Assembly: GCA_937874275.1 (NCBI GenBank)
Contig: CALNAU010000101.1
Coordinates: 9,288-73,287, forward strand
DNA from: an uncultured Clostridia bacterium
GTDB lineage: Bacteria; Bacillota; Clostridia; Christensenellales; Aristaeellaceae
Length of the DNA stretch: 64,000 bases
Direction: 5' to 3'
Positions 17,859 through 24,842 of the stretch are shown in pieces. The notes under the pieces are model-generated. The model was not told the DNA's origin. It made no database searches and was given only the letters and a program-made list of their open reading frames with translations. Positions within the stretch are counted from its first letter, which is position 1. Each line of letters begins with the position of its first letter. The translations under genes and the position numbers were made by a program.

Positions 17859-18658
17859 AACGCCGCGCCGACAGCCTGCTGGCCGAGCAAGGGCTTGCCC
17901 CCAGCCGGGAGCAGGCCCAGCGGCTCATCATGGCCGGGCGGGTGTATGTGGGCGAGGTGCGGGTGGATAAGCCCGCCCAACTGCTGCCGCCTGACGCGCA
18001 GCTTGTTTTGCGCGGCGAGGTGGAGCAGTTTGCCAGCCGCGGCGCCCATAAGTTGGAGAAGGCCCTGCGGCACTTTGAGGCCGATGTGCAGGGCCTCGTT
18101 TGTATGGATGTCGGGGCCGCTTCCGGCGGCTTTACCGATGTGCTGCTGCGCGCAGGCGCGGCCAGAGTGTACGCCATCGATGTGGGCTATGGTCAGCTGG
18201 ACTGGCGCCTGCGCCAGGATGACCGCGTGGTGGTGATGGAGCGCACCAACGCCCGCGCCCTCACGCCCGAGCAGTTTCCCGACCACCCAACCCTCACGGT
18301 GATGGATGTGAGTTTCATCTCCATCCGGCTGATATTGCCCGCGGCGGCGGCCATCATGGGCGGCGATGGGCGCTTCCTGACGCTGGTTAAACCCCAGTTT
18401 GAGGCCGGGCGCGGCCAGGTGGGCAAGCATGGCGTGGTGCGCGAGGCCGATACGCATGAGCGTGTGCTGCGCGAAATCCGCGATTTTTGCCCCACCATCG
18501 GCTGGCACGCCGCCGGTTTCACCTATTCCCCCATCAAGGGCCCCAAGGGCAACATCGAGTTCCTGGCCGATATCCGGCCCGGCGCGGGCACACCCCCGGA
18601 TGATGATGCCATCGCCGCGGTGGTGGCGCAGGCGCACGCGGAACTGCACAAGGCATAA
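17855..18658 (+). CDS. tlyA: TlyA family rRNA (cytidine-2'-O)-methyltransferase
   Basis: GTG start overlaps the dxs stop. S4-like N-terminus (RADSLLAEQGLAPSREQAQRLI) plus FtsJ-type methyltransferase (DVGAASGGFTD). Confidence 0.85.
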   Translation: MKRRADSLLAEQGLAPSREQAQRLIMAGRVYVGEVRVDKPAQLLPPDAQLVLRGEVEQFASRGAHKLEKALRHFEADVQGLVCMDVGAASGGFTDVLLRAGAARVYAIDVGYGQLDWRLRQDDRVVVMERTNARALTPEQFPDHPTLTVMDVSFISIRLILPAAAAIMGGDGRFLTLVKPQFEAGRGQVGKHGVVREADTHERVLREIRDFCPTIGWHAAGFTYSPIKGPKGNIEFLADIRPGAGTPPDDDAIAAVVAQAHAELHKA

Positions 18659-18696
18659 GGAAAATCACATACAGACCGACCATGGAGGATAACAGC

Positions 18697-19092
18697 ATGA
18701 GCAGAAAAGCGCTCGCGGCAGTTGTTTTGCTGGCCTGTTGTTTGGTGGCGTTCACCGCGCTTTCCGCCGGGGTCAGCGTGACGCTGAAGGCCACCGATTC
18801 GGTTTCCCGTCAGGCAGCGGCCTTTGAGCAGTATCTCAACAGGCTGGATTCTCAGCAGCGCGGCCAATGGATGGAGGCGCTGCAGGGCATGCTGCGTCAG
18901 GAGGAGTTGGCCTCCATCATGCCCTTTGCGGCGCAGGAGGAGGCCCGCGGCGTCTACATCGTCAGCAGCGGGGAGGTGTACCACAGCACCCGTGGGTGCA
19001 GCACGCTCAGCCGCTCCAAGAATGTGCGGGAGGTCTCGCTGGAGGACGCGCTGTCCATGGGCAGGCGGCCCTGCAAGGTGTGCGGCAGGTAG
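18697..19092 (+). CDS. hypothetical exported protein with C-terminal His/Cys...CxxC motif
   Basis: Track ORF 18682..19092 trimmed to ATG 18697, 8 nt after GGAGG. Signal/anchor segment ALAAVVLLACCLVAFTALSAG. C-terminal segment VYHSTRGCSTL...RRPCKVCG. Confidence 0.6.
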   Translation: MSRKALAAVVLLACCLVAFTALSAGVSVTLKATDSVSRQAAAFEQYLNRLDSQQRGQWMEALQGMLRQEELASIMPFAAQEEARGVYIVSSGEVYHSTRGCSTLSRSKNVREVSLEDALSMGRRPCKVCGR

Positions 19093-19134
19093 GGGATATC
19101 AAGGGGATACATGCCCGCTGCTGAAAGATTTTAC

Positions 19135-19163
19135 TTGACTTTGCGGGCAGTCCACCGTATTCT
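19135..19163 (+). promoter_or_regulatory. predicted promoter of the glycine-zipper protein gene
   Basis: TTGACT (19135-40), 17-nt spacer, TATTCT (19158-63). Confidence 0.45.
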
Positions 19164-19200
19164 TCATCCGGTTATCGACAAAAGAAAGTAGGGTTTTATC

Positions 19201-19491
19201 ATGGGTAATATCGTAAACATCATCATTCAGCTTCTCTCGGGCGGCGTGGGCGGCTTCGGCGCCGGCAAGGCCATGCCCAAAATCTCCCTGGGCAAAATCG
19301 GCGACATCATCGCCGGCATCCTGGGCGGCGTGGGCGGCAGCCAGCTGCTGGGCCTGTTGGGCCTGGGCGGCGGCGCGGCAGGCGCCTTGAACATCAGCAG
19401 CATCCTCACCAGCATCCTGGGCGGCGGCGTGGGCGGCGGTGCCCTGCTGGCCATCGTTGGCGCCATCAAGAAGGCGATGGGCCAGAAATAA
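19201..19491 (+). CDS. glycine-zipper small membrane protein (96 aa), function unknown
   Basis: ATG ORF rich in Gly, Leu, Ile and Ala with repeated GxxxG-type spacing (SGGVGGFGAG, AGILGGVGGSQLLGLLGLGGGAAG, LGGGVGGGALLAIVGAI). No aromatic residue except one Phe. Confidence 0.6.
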   Translation: MGNIVNIIIQLLSGGVGGFGAGKAMPKISLGKIGDIIAGILGGVGGSQLLGLLGLGGGAAGALNISSILTSILGGGVGGGALLAIVGAIKKAMGQK

Positions 19492-19497
19492 CACATC

Positions 19498-19654
19498 GAG
19501 CAAATGACTCATCGCGGCGCAGAGGCTGCCTGTCTTTTCACCGCTGACTGCGACGCAGTTCGCTTGACGTAGCGCTGCTACGCCTGCGCTCCTGCTCCTT
19601 GTCAGCGGCAAAAATCCAGCGCAGCCCGTTGCGCCGCGATTTCGTCATTTGCTC
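19498..19654 (+). other. 157-nt rod-like imperfect hairpin in the 3' region of the glycine-zipper gene
   Basis: Nested arms: GAGCAAATGAC (19498-508) with GTCATTTGCTC (19644-54); ATCGCGGCGCA (19511-21) with TGCGCCGCGAT (19630-40); GGCTGC with GCAGCC; CCGCTGAC (19541-48) with GTCAGCGG (19601-08). Apical segment is about 52 nt. Confidence 0.6.
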
Positions 19655-19672
19655 TACAACATCGAAGAAATG

Positions 19673-19702
19673 AAAAGGCAACCCGCAAGGGCTGCCTTTT
19701 TT
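19673..19702. terminator. intrinsic terminator (serves the + strand; possibly also the convergent peptidase gene)
   Basis: AAAAGGCAACCC, loop GCAA, GGGCTGCCTTTT, then TT. Lies between convergent genes ending at 19491 and 19719. Confidence 0.7.
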
Positions 19703-19718
19703 GCGTTGGTTGAGGAAT

Positions 19719-20786
19719 CTATTCCCTGCGTGCCAACTCGGCCAGCACGTCGCGCAGCGCTTCGGCGCGGTGGCCGTCGCGGCCGGTCACGGCCTCGGCG
19801 TGCAGCAGGGCGCTGAGCACGGCTTCCTCGGTGGCCTCGGCCGCCGCGCGGAAGCACAGATTGATATGATCTTCGTTGAGCTCGGTCACCTGGCGGAAGG
19901 GGGCTTTGTCGAAGTGGCGGATGTGGTTGCCCGTGGTGAAGCATAGGGCGATTTCGCCGCTGCCGTGGCCGATGTTGCTGCCCGTGCGGCTCAGGCCCGC
20001 GATGGCGCGCCGCGCAACCCGCTTGAGCTGGCCCACACCCAGGGGCAGGTCGGTCGCCAGCACCACGATGATGGAGCCGCGGTCCTCCTGGGGCGCGTAT
20101 TCCGCCGTCCATCCGCTCTTGAGCAGCGCCTCGGCCTGCGGGCCGATATGTTGGCCGTTGAGCGTCAGGTCATACAGGCTGCCGTGGTTAGCCAGCACCA
20201 GCGCGCCCAGGGTATAGCGCTTGCCCTCAATCTCCATCACCCGGGAGCTGGAGCCGATGCCCCCCTTGAGGCCGTGGCAGCGCATGCCGCGCCCGGCGCC
20301 CACCGCGCCTTCGGCAAAATCCTCCGCCGCATTGGTAAGCGCCGCCAGCACATCCGTTTCCCGCACATGCAGGCCGCGGATGTCGTTGAGGTGGCCATCG
20401 TTGCACTCAAACACCACCGGGTTTACCGTGCCGGTCTCCCGGCCAATGGCTTCGTTTTGCGCCAGCATATGGCGGCACAGCGCCGTCCATGCCGTGCCCG
20501 AGGACAGCGTGTTGGTGAGCACGATGGGCGTCTCCAACTGGCCCAACTCCTCCACCTGCACCAGCCCCAGCGACTTGCCAAAGCCGTTGAACACCTGGAC
20601 GGCGGCGGGCAGCTTGTCCTCAAAGCAGTTGCCGGGGTGCGGCCGTATGGCCGTCACGCCCGTCTGCACAGGCCCGTCGGCCAGCGTGGTATGCCCCACC
20701 AGCACGCCCGGCACATCGGTCAGCAGGTTGCACGGACCGGGGGTCAGGCAGCCAACGCGGATACCGTAGGTTGCGTCAAGTCCCAT
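19719..20786 (-). CDS. P1 family peptidase (DmpA/S58 aminopeptidase-like)
   Basis: 355 aa. DmpA-type features: N-terminal GxxNxITDVPGV-like segment (NLLTDVPGVLVGHTT) and a GLSRTGS-type nucleophile region. Confidence 0.7.
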   Translation of the reverse strand: MGLDATYGIRVGCLTPGPCNLLTDVPGVLVGHTTLADGPVQTGVTAIRPHPGNCFEDKLPAAVQVFNGFGKSLGLVQVEELGQLETPIVLTNTLSSGTAWTALCRHMLAQNEAIGRETGTVNPVVFECNDGHLNDIRGLHVRETDVLAALTNAAEDFAEGAVGAGRGMRCHGLKGGIGSSSRVMEIEGKRYTLGALVLANHGSLYDLTLNGQHIGPQAEALLKSGWTAEYAPQEDRGSIIVVLATDLPLGVGQLKRVARRAIAGLSRTGSNIGHGSGEIALCFTTGNHIRHFDKAPFRQVTELNEDHINLCFRAAAEATEEAVLSALLHAEAVTGRDGHRAEALRDVLAELARRE

Positions 20787-20874
20787 TGAATTGTCCTCCC
20801 GGTTGATGAGTCAGGGTTCATTCGGTCTTCACCGTCTCAAACAGCAGGTGGTTGCTGGCGCCCACCACCCATCC

Positions 20875-21408
20875 TCAACCGCCCGGCGTGATTTCCGGCA
20901 TCACCAGGCGGTACAGGTTCAGCGTGTGTCCATCTTCCACGGCGCTGCCCTCAGGTGTGAAGCCCGCGCCCAGCAGCAGGCGGTTGGAGGCGGCGTTGTT
21001 TTCGCCGGGGCACGCGGTGAAGGTGGTGTAGCCCCGGGTGTCGCGCATGTGCCGGAGGAAGGCGGGCAGGGCCTCCTTCATATAGCCCAGGCCCCAATAT
21101 GCCCGCAGCAGCTCGTACCCAACTTCCCCCTCGTGCCTTTGCGCATCCAGGTTCCACAGCACGATGGTGCCGATGAAGGCATCGTTTTGCCTGAGATAGA
21201 GCGCGTAGGTATACGCCGTGTCCGTGCGGTGGTCGGCCATCAGGCGGGCTAGTTTGTGCAGGGCGGCGTCCTTTGTGAGCGGCAGGGCAAAGTAGGCCGC
21301 CGTGCCCACCGGGTCTGCCTTCATGCGGCAAAAGCCCTCTGCGTCCCGCGCGGACAGGGGCACGCCGACCAGCCGGGGCGTCTCAAAGCGGTCCGGCCTG
21401 TCCATCAC
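20875..21408 (-). CDS. GNAT family N-acetyltransferase (RimJ/RimL-like)
   Basis: 177 aa. Motifs FETPRLVGVPL...YELLRAYWGLGYMKEA. Its start overlaps the upstream VOC stop by 4 nt. Confidence 0.7.
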   Translation of the reverse strand: MMDRPDRFETPRLVGVPLSARDAEGFCRMKADPVGTAAYFALPLTKDAALHKLARLMADHRTDTAYTYALYLRQNDAFIGTIVLWNLDAQRHEGEVGYELLRAYWGLGYMKEALPAFLRHMRDTRGYTTFTACPGENNAASNRLLLGAGFTPEGSAVEDGHTLNLYRLVMPEITPGG

Positions 21409-21815
21409 GGGGAGGACGCACCCTCATGCTGCTTGTCGTAGGCCGATGGCCCGGCCAGCACCACGCGGTAGCCGTCCGGGTCGCGCAGCCACACCTCCAT
21501 GTGCATGGCGTAGCGGTTGAGGTAGGGCGCGACCTCCGGGGTGATGCCGGCGGCTCGTACGCGGTGCATGGCCTGCTCAAAATCCCGCACAGCGAACCAC
21601 AGCAGCACACCCAGCCCGGTTGGCTCACCCTCACCCAGCAGCGGCGGGTGGTTCATGTCCCCCTCGGGGTCGTGCAGCTGCAACACCAGTTCGCCGTCGG
21701 ACAGCAGCTGCTCATACTCCGTGCCGCCGTGCGCGCTTTGGAAGCCCAGCACCCGCTCGTACCAATCGGCACTGCGGCGCACGTCCTGCACCGTAATCAT
21801 GGGTTGTGCCTTCAT
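21405..21815 (-). CDS. VOC (glyoxalase/bleomycin-resistance fold) family protein
   Basis: Track ORF 21405..21977 trimmed to ATG 21815, which shares an ATGA overlap with the dehydrogenase stop. Motifs VQDVRRSADWYERVLGF ... WLRDPDGYRVVL. Confidence 0.65.
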   Translation of the reverse strand: MKAQPMITVQDVRRSADWYERVLGFQSAHGGTEYEQLLSDGELVLQLHDPEGDMNHPPLLGEGEPTGLGVLLWFAVRDFEQAMHRVRAAGITPEVAPYLNRYAMHMEVWLRDPDGYRVVLAGPSAYDKQHEGASSP

Positions 21816-22777
21816 GCCCTGTACCCCGCTTCCAGGTCCACCCGGGCCACATACTCGCCCTCGCCCAGCAGCGCGCGGATGTTGCGGGCGGCCATGTCGA
21901 TGATGTTGTCGTGGGTGAGCCGCAGGTGATACTGACCGGAGATGTGCGGCGTGATGAGCAGGTTGGGCTCCTGCCACAGGGGGTCATCCTTGGGCAGGGG
22001 CTCGGGCTCGGTCACGTCGATGGCGGCGCCGGCCAGCCGACCCCTGCGCAGCGCTTCCAGCAGCGCAGGCTGCACCACCGCGCTGCCGCGCCCCACGTTT
22101 AACAGGTAGCTGCCCTGCTTCATCAGGCCAAAGCGTCGCTCGTCCATCAAGCCCATGGTATCCTCTGTCTCGGGCAGGGAGAGGGCCACCACATCGGCCT
22201 GGGGCAGCAGGCTGTCCAGTTCGTCCATGGTGGCGATGCGCTGCACGCCCTCGGGCGGGGCGGCCGGGCGGCGGCGGATGCCGATGACCTGCGCGCCAAA
22301 ACAGGCGCACAGCTGGGCAAAGCGGGTGCCGATGTCGCCCATGCCCACCGACAGCACCTGTGCCCCACGCAGGCCGGCCACATCGCCCCGATCCTCCCAC
22401 AGCGCCTTGTGCTGGTCGTCGCGGTATTGGTGCAGGCGCTTCATCAGCATCAGCAGGGCGCCCAGCATGTGCTCCGAAATGGCCACGCCATAGGCCCCCG
22501 AGGCGCAACACAGCACCATGCCGGGGTTATCCTGCCCCAGGGCCACATAGTGGGGCGCCACGCCGGCGGAGTTAAGCTGCAACAGCTTGATTCGCTTGAG
22601 GTGCGGGAAGAAGTTGGGCGGCAGGTTGCCCACCACCACATCGGCCTCCGCCACCTGCTGGGGTGTGAGGGTCTTGACGCTCTGGCGAATCACCTTGGCG
22701 TCGGGCGCCGCGGCCTGCAGGCGCGCCAGCTGCCCCTCGTCCGCCCGCATGATAACCAGAATATTTTCTATGCGCAT
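21812..22777 (-). CDS. D-isomer-specific 2-hydroxyacid dehydrogenase family protein
   Basis: 321 aa. NAD-binding motif VGMGDIGTRFA, and a catalytic region with the ITPHISG motif. Confidence 0.8.
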   Translation of the reverse strand: MRIENILVIMRADEGQLARLQAAAPDAKVIRQSVKTLTPQQVAEADVVVGNLPPNFFPHLKRIKLLQLNSAGVAPHYVALGQDNPGMVLCCASGAYGVAISEHMLGALLMLMKRLHQYRDDQHKALWEDRGDVAGLRGAQVLSVGMGDIGTRFAQLCACFGAQVIGIRRRPAAPPEGVQRIATMDELDSLLPQADVVALSLPETEDTMGLMDERRFGLMKQGSYLLNVGRGSAVVQPALLEALRRGRLAGAAIDVTEPEPLPKDDPLWQEPNLLITPHISGQYHLRLTHDNIIDMAARNIRALLGEGEYVARVDLEAGYRA

Positions 22778-22845
22778 ATCGGCCTCCTGTTTGGTTCAAA
22801 TGTTGCATTCATTATGTGAGAATGCCGGTTGCCTGTCAATCAATG

Positions 22846-22874
22846 TTGCCCCGTTTGGGCCGCCATAGTATAAT
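22846..22874 (+). promoter_or_regulatory. predicted promoter placed 6 nt before the GTG of the MBL-fold gene
   Basis: TTGCCC (22846-51), 17-nt spacer, TATAAT (22869-74). The GTG start is at 22881. Confidence 0.45.
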
Positions 22875-22880
22875 CATACC

Positions 22881-23738
22881 GTGAAACCATATGAACGAAA
22901 CCCCCTGCACCACATCCTACCGGTGCTATGCCTGACGCTTGCGCTTATGCTGGGCCTGTGCCCGCTGTGGGCGTCCGCGCAGACGGCGCCGTCCGGCACG
23001 CTCAAAATCAAGCTCTTCAAATCCGGCAAGGCGGATGCCACGCTGATTCGCACCGATACCCACGCCGTGCTGCTGGACGCGGGCGAGGTGGATGACGCCG
23101 AGGACATCCTGGCGTACATGGCTCAGAAGGGCGTGCGCAAGCTGGATTTGATGATCCTCACCCACTTTGACAAGGGGCACGCGGGCGGCGCGGCCGAAAT
23201 CCTACGCACCGTGCCGGTGGCGCGGGTCATGATGCCCGACTACGAGAGAAGCAGCCCCACGCGGGACGCGCTGCGCGAGGCGCTGGAAGAAAGCCGGGCC
23301 GAGCGGGTATATCTAACGGAGGATACCGCCTTCACGTTGGATGGCGTGGCCTTTGACATCATCACCGCGCGGCGCTCGTACTATGCCGAGGATGAGGATG
23401 ATGATTTCTCGTTGGTGACGCGGCTGACCCACGGTGAAAATACCCTGCTGTTCGCGGCGGACATCATGAGCGACCGCATGGACGAGCTGCTGCAAAGCGG
23501 CATGGACCTGCGCAGCGACTTTTTGCAGGTGCCCGACCATGGCCGCCACCGCGAGCGCACGGAGGCTTTTTTGCGGGCGGTGCAGCCCGGCATGGCGGCC
23601 ATCACCTGCTCGAAAAAGAACCCGCCTTCGGACGAAGTATTGGCTATTCTGCGCGGGATGGACACCCGCATCTACCTGACCATGGATGGCGACATTGCCC
23701 TGCAAAGCGACGGGCAGGCCATCACCATCAAGCAATAG
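22881..23738 (+). CDS. MBL-fold metallo-hydrolase (ComEC C-terminal-domain-like), secreted
   Basis: 285 aa with a GTG start. Signal peptide ...LALMLGLCPLWASAQ. Motifs ILTHFDKGHAGG and VPDHG. Confidence 0.7.
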   Translation: MKPYERNPLHHILPVLCLTLALMLGLCPLWASAQTAPSGTLKIKLFKSGKADATLIRTDTHAVLLDAGEVDDAEDILAYMAQKGVRKLDLMILTHFDKGHAGGAAEILRTVPVARVMMPDYERSSPTRDALREALEESRAERVYLTEDTAFTLDGVAFDIITARRSYYAEDEDDDFSLVTRLTHGENTLLFAADIMSDRMDELLQSGMDLRSDFLQVPDHGRHRERTEAFLRAVQPGMAAITCSKKNPPSDEVLAILRGMDTRIYLTMDGDIALQSDGQAITIKQ

Positions 23739-23750
23739 GAGGAGGATAAC

Positions 23751-24773
23751 ATGCGCGCACTGATAATCGGCGGCACGGGGACCATCAGCCTGAGCATATC
23801 CCGCAGGCTATTACAACTGGGGTGGGAGCTGACGCTGCTCAACCGCGGCAGCGGCAAAAACCAGGTGCCCGAGGCCAAGCTGATACAGGCCGACATGGCC
23901 GATGAGCAGGCCGTGCGGGAGAAGCTGGCCGGCCAGCGCTTTGACGTGGTGGCGCAATTCATCGCCTACACGCCCGAGCAGGTGGAGCGCGACATCCGCC
24001 TGTTTGAGGGCATGTGCAGCCAGTACATTTTCATCAGCACGGCGTCGGCCTATCACAAGCCGCCGCTCAGCTTCCCGGTGACGGAATCCACCCCCCTGCA
24101 CAACCCCTACTGGCAGTACTCCCGCGACAAGGCGGCCTGCGAGGAGGTGCTGATGCAGGCATACCGCCAGCGCGGCTTCCCCGCCACCATCGTGCGCCCC
24201 AGCCACACCTATGGCGACCGCGGGCTACCCCTTGCCCTGCGCGGCCATAAGGGCGTCTGGCAGATTATCGACCGAATGCTCAAGCAAAAGCCCGTGGTCA
24301 TCCCCGGCGACGGCACCAACCTGTGGACTGTCACCTGGTCCAAGGACTTTGCCGTGGGCTTTGTGGGCTTGATGGGCAACATCCACGCCATCGGCGAGGC
24401 CGTGCACATCACTTCCGACGAGGCGCTGCCCTGGAACCAGATTTACCGCACCGTGGCCGATATCCTGGGCCGCCCCTTCTTGCCGTGCTATGTGCCCTCC
24501 ACTTTGCTGGGCCTGGTAAAGGACTCGGACTGGGAGGGCGGCCTGCTGGGGGATAAGGCCAACTGCGCCGTGTTTGACAACACCAAAGTCAAGCGCTTGG
24601 TGCCCGAGTTCCGCTGCACCACCCGCTTTGACCAAGGCGCGCGCATCTCGCTGCACAACTTCCTCACCGACCCCACCTTGCAGGTGCCCGACCCCGCCTT
24701 TGACGCCTTCTGTGACAAGGCGGTCAGCATCATGGGCACGGCCAGGGAGGCGTTTGAGGGGCTGGCGCTGTAA
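23751..24773 (+). CDS. NAD-dependent epimerase/dehydratase family protein (extended SDR)
   Basis: 340 aa. GGAGGAGGA RBS. Rossmann motif MRALIIGGTGTIS. Catalytic YxxxK (YSRDK). Confidence 0.75.
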   Translation: MRALIIGGTGTISLSISRRLLQLGWELTLLNRGSGKNQVPEAKLIQADMADEQAVREKLAGQRFDVVAQFIAYTPEQVERDIRLFEGMCSQYIFISTASAYHKPPLSFPVTESTPLHNPYWQYSRDKAACEEVLMQAYRQRGFPATIVRPSHTYGDRGLPLALRGHKGVWQIIDRMLKQKPVVIPGDGTNLWTVTWSKDFAVGFVGLMGNIHAIGEAVHITSDEALPWNQIYRTVADILGRPFLPCYVPSTLLGLVKDSDWEGGLLGDKANCAVFDNTKVKRLVPEFRCTTRFDQGARISLHNFLTDPTLQVPDPAFDAFCDKAVSIMGTAREAFEGLAL

Positions 24774-24790
24774 TCGGATGATTTCCAAGC

Positions 24791-24821
24791 TTGACCCGTC
24801 CCTTGGGGGCGGGTTTATGCT
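24791..24821 (+). promoter_or_regulatory. MerR-type promoter/operator: 19-nt spacer carrying a dyad
   Basis: TTGACC (24791-96), 19-nt spacer, TATGCT (24816-21). Dyad ACCCGTCCC (24794-802) with GGGGCGGGT (24806-14), 8 of 9 positions complementary. Sits directly upstream of the merR-family gene. Confidence 0.5.
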
Positions 24822-24842
24822 GTTTGCAGGAGGTGGAAAGCC

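Noticed and set aside
19091-19110. Direct repeat AGGGGATA-TCA-AGGGGATA just after the stop of ORF 18697..19092.
   Set aside because: There are only two 8-nt copies and no similar site elsewhere in the window. That is insufficient to call a regulator-binding site.
19201-19245. MGNIVNIIIQLLSGG read as a double-glycine bacteriocin leader, to be processed by the C39-like peptidase at 60204..61577.
   Set aside because: The 15-aa segment lacks the conserved acidic and hydrophobic leader pattern (…LS..EL..I.GG). GG pairs occur throughout the protein. The C39-like gene is 41 kb away, is a secreted stand-alone domain rather than an ABC-transporter fusion, and no immunity gene is nearby.
19498-19654. 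The rod-like hairpin as a 6S RNA (SsrS) gene.
   Set aside because: 6S RNAs are rod-shaped, but they are typically ~180-200 nt with a large central open-promoter-like bubble and their own promoter. Here I see no promoter between the ORF stop (19491) and the rod. The rod is shorter, and the unpaired region is apical rather than central. Only a covariance-model search could settle it, so I do not call it.
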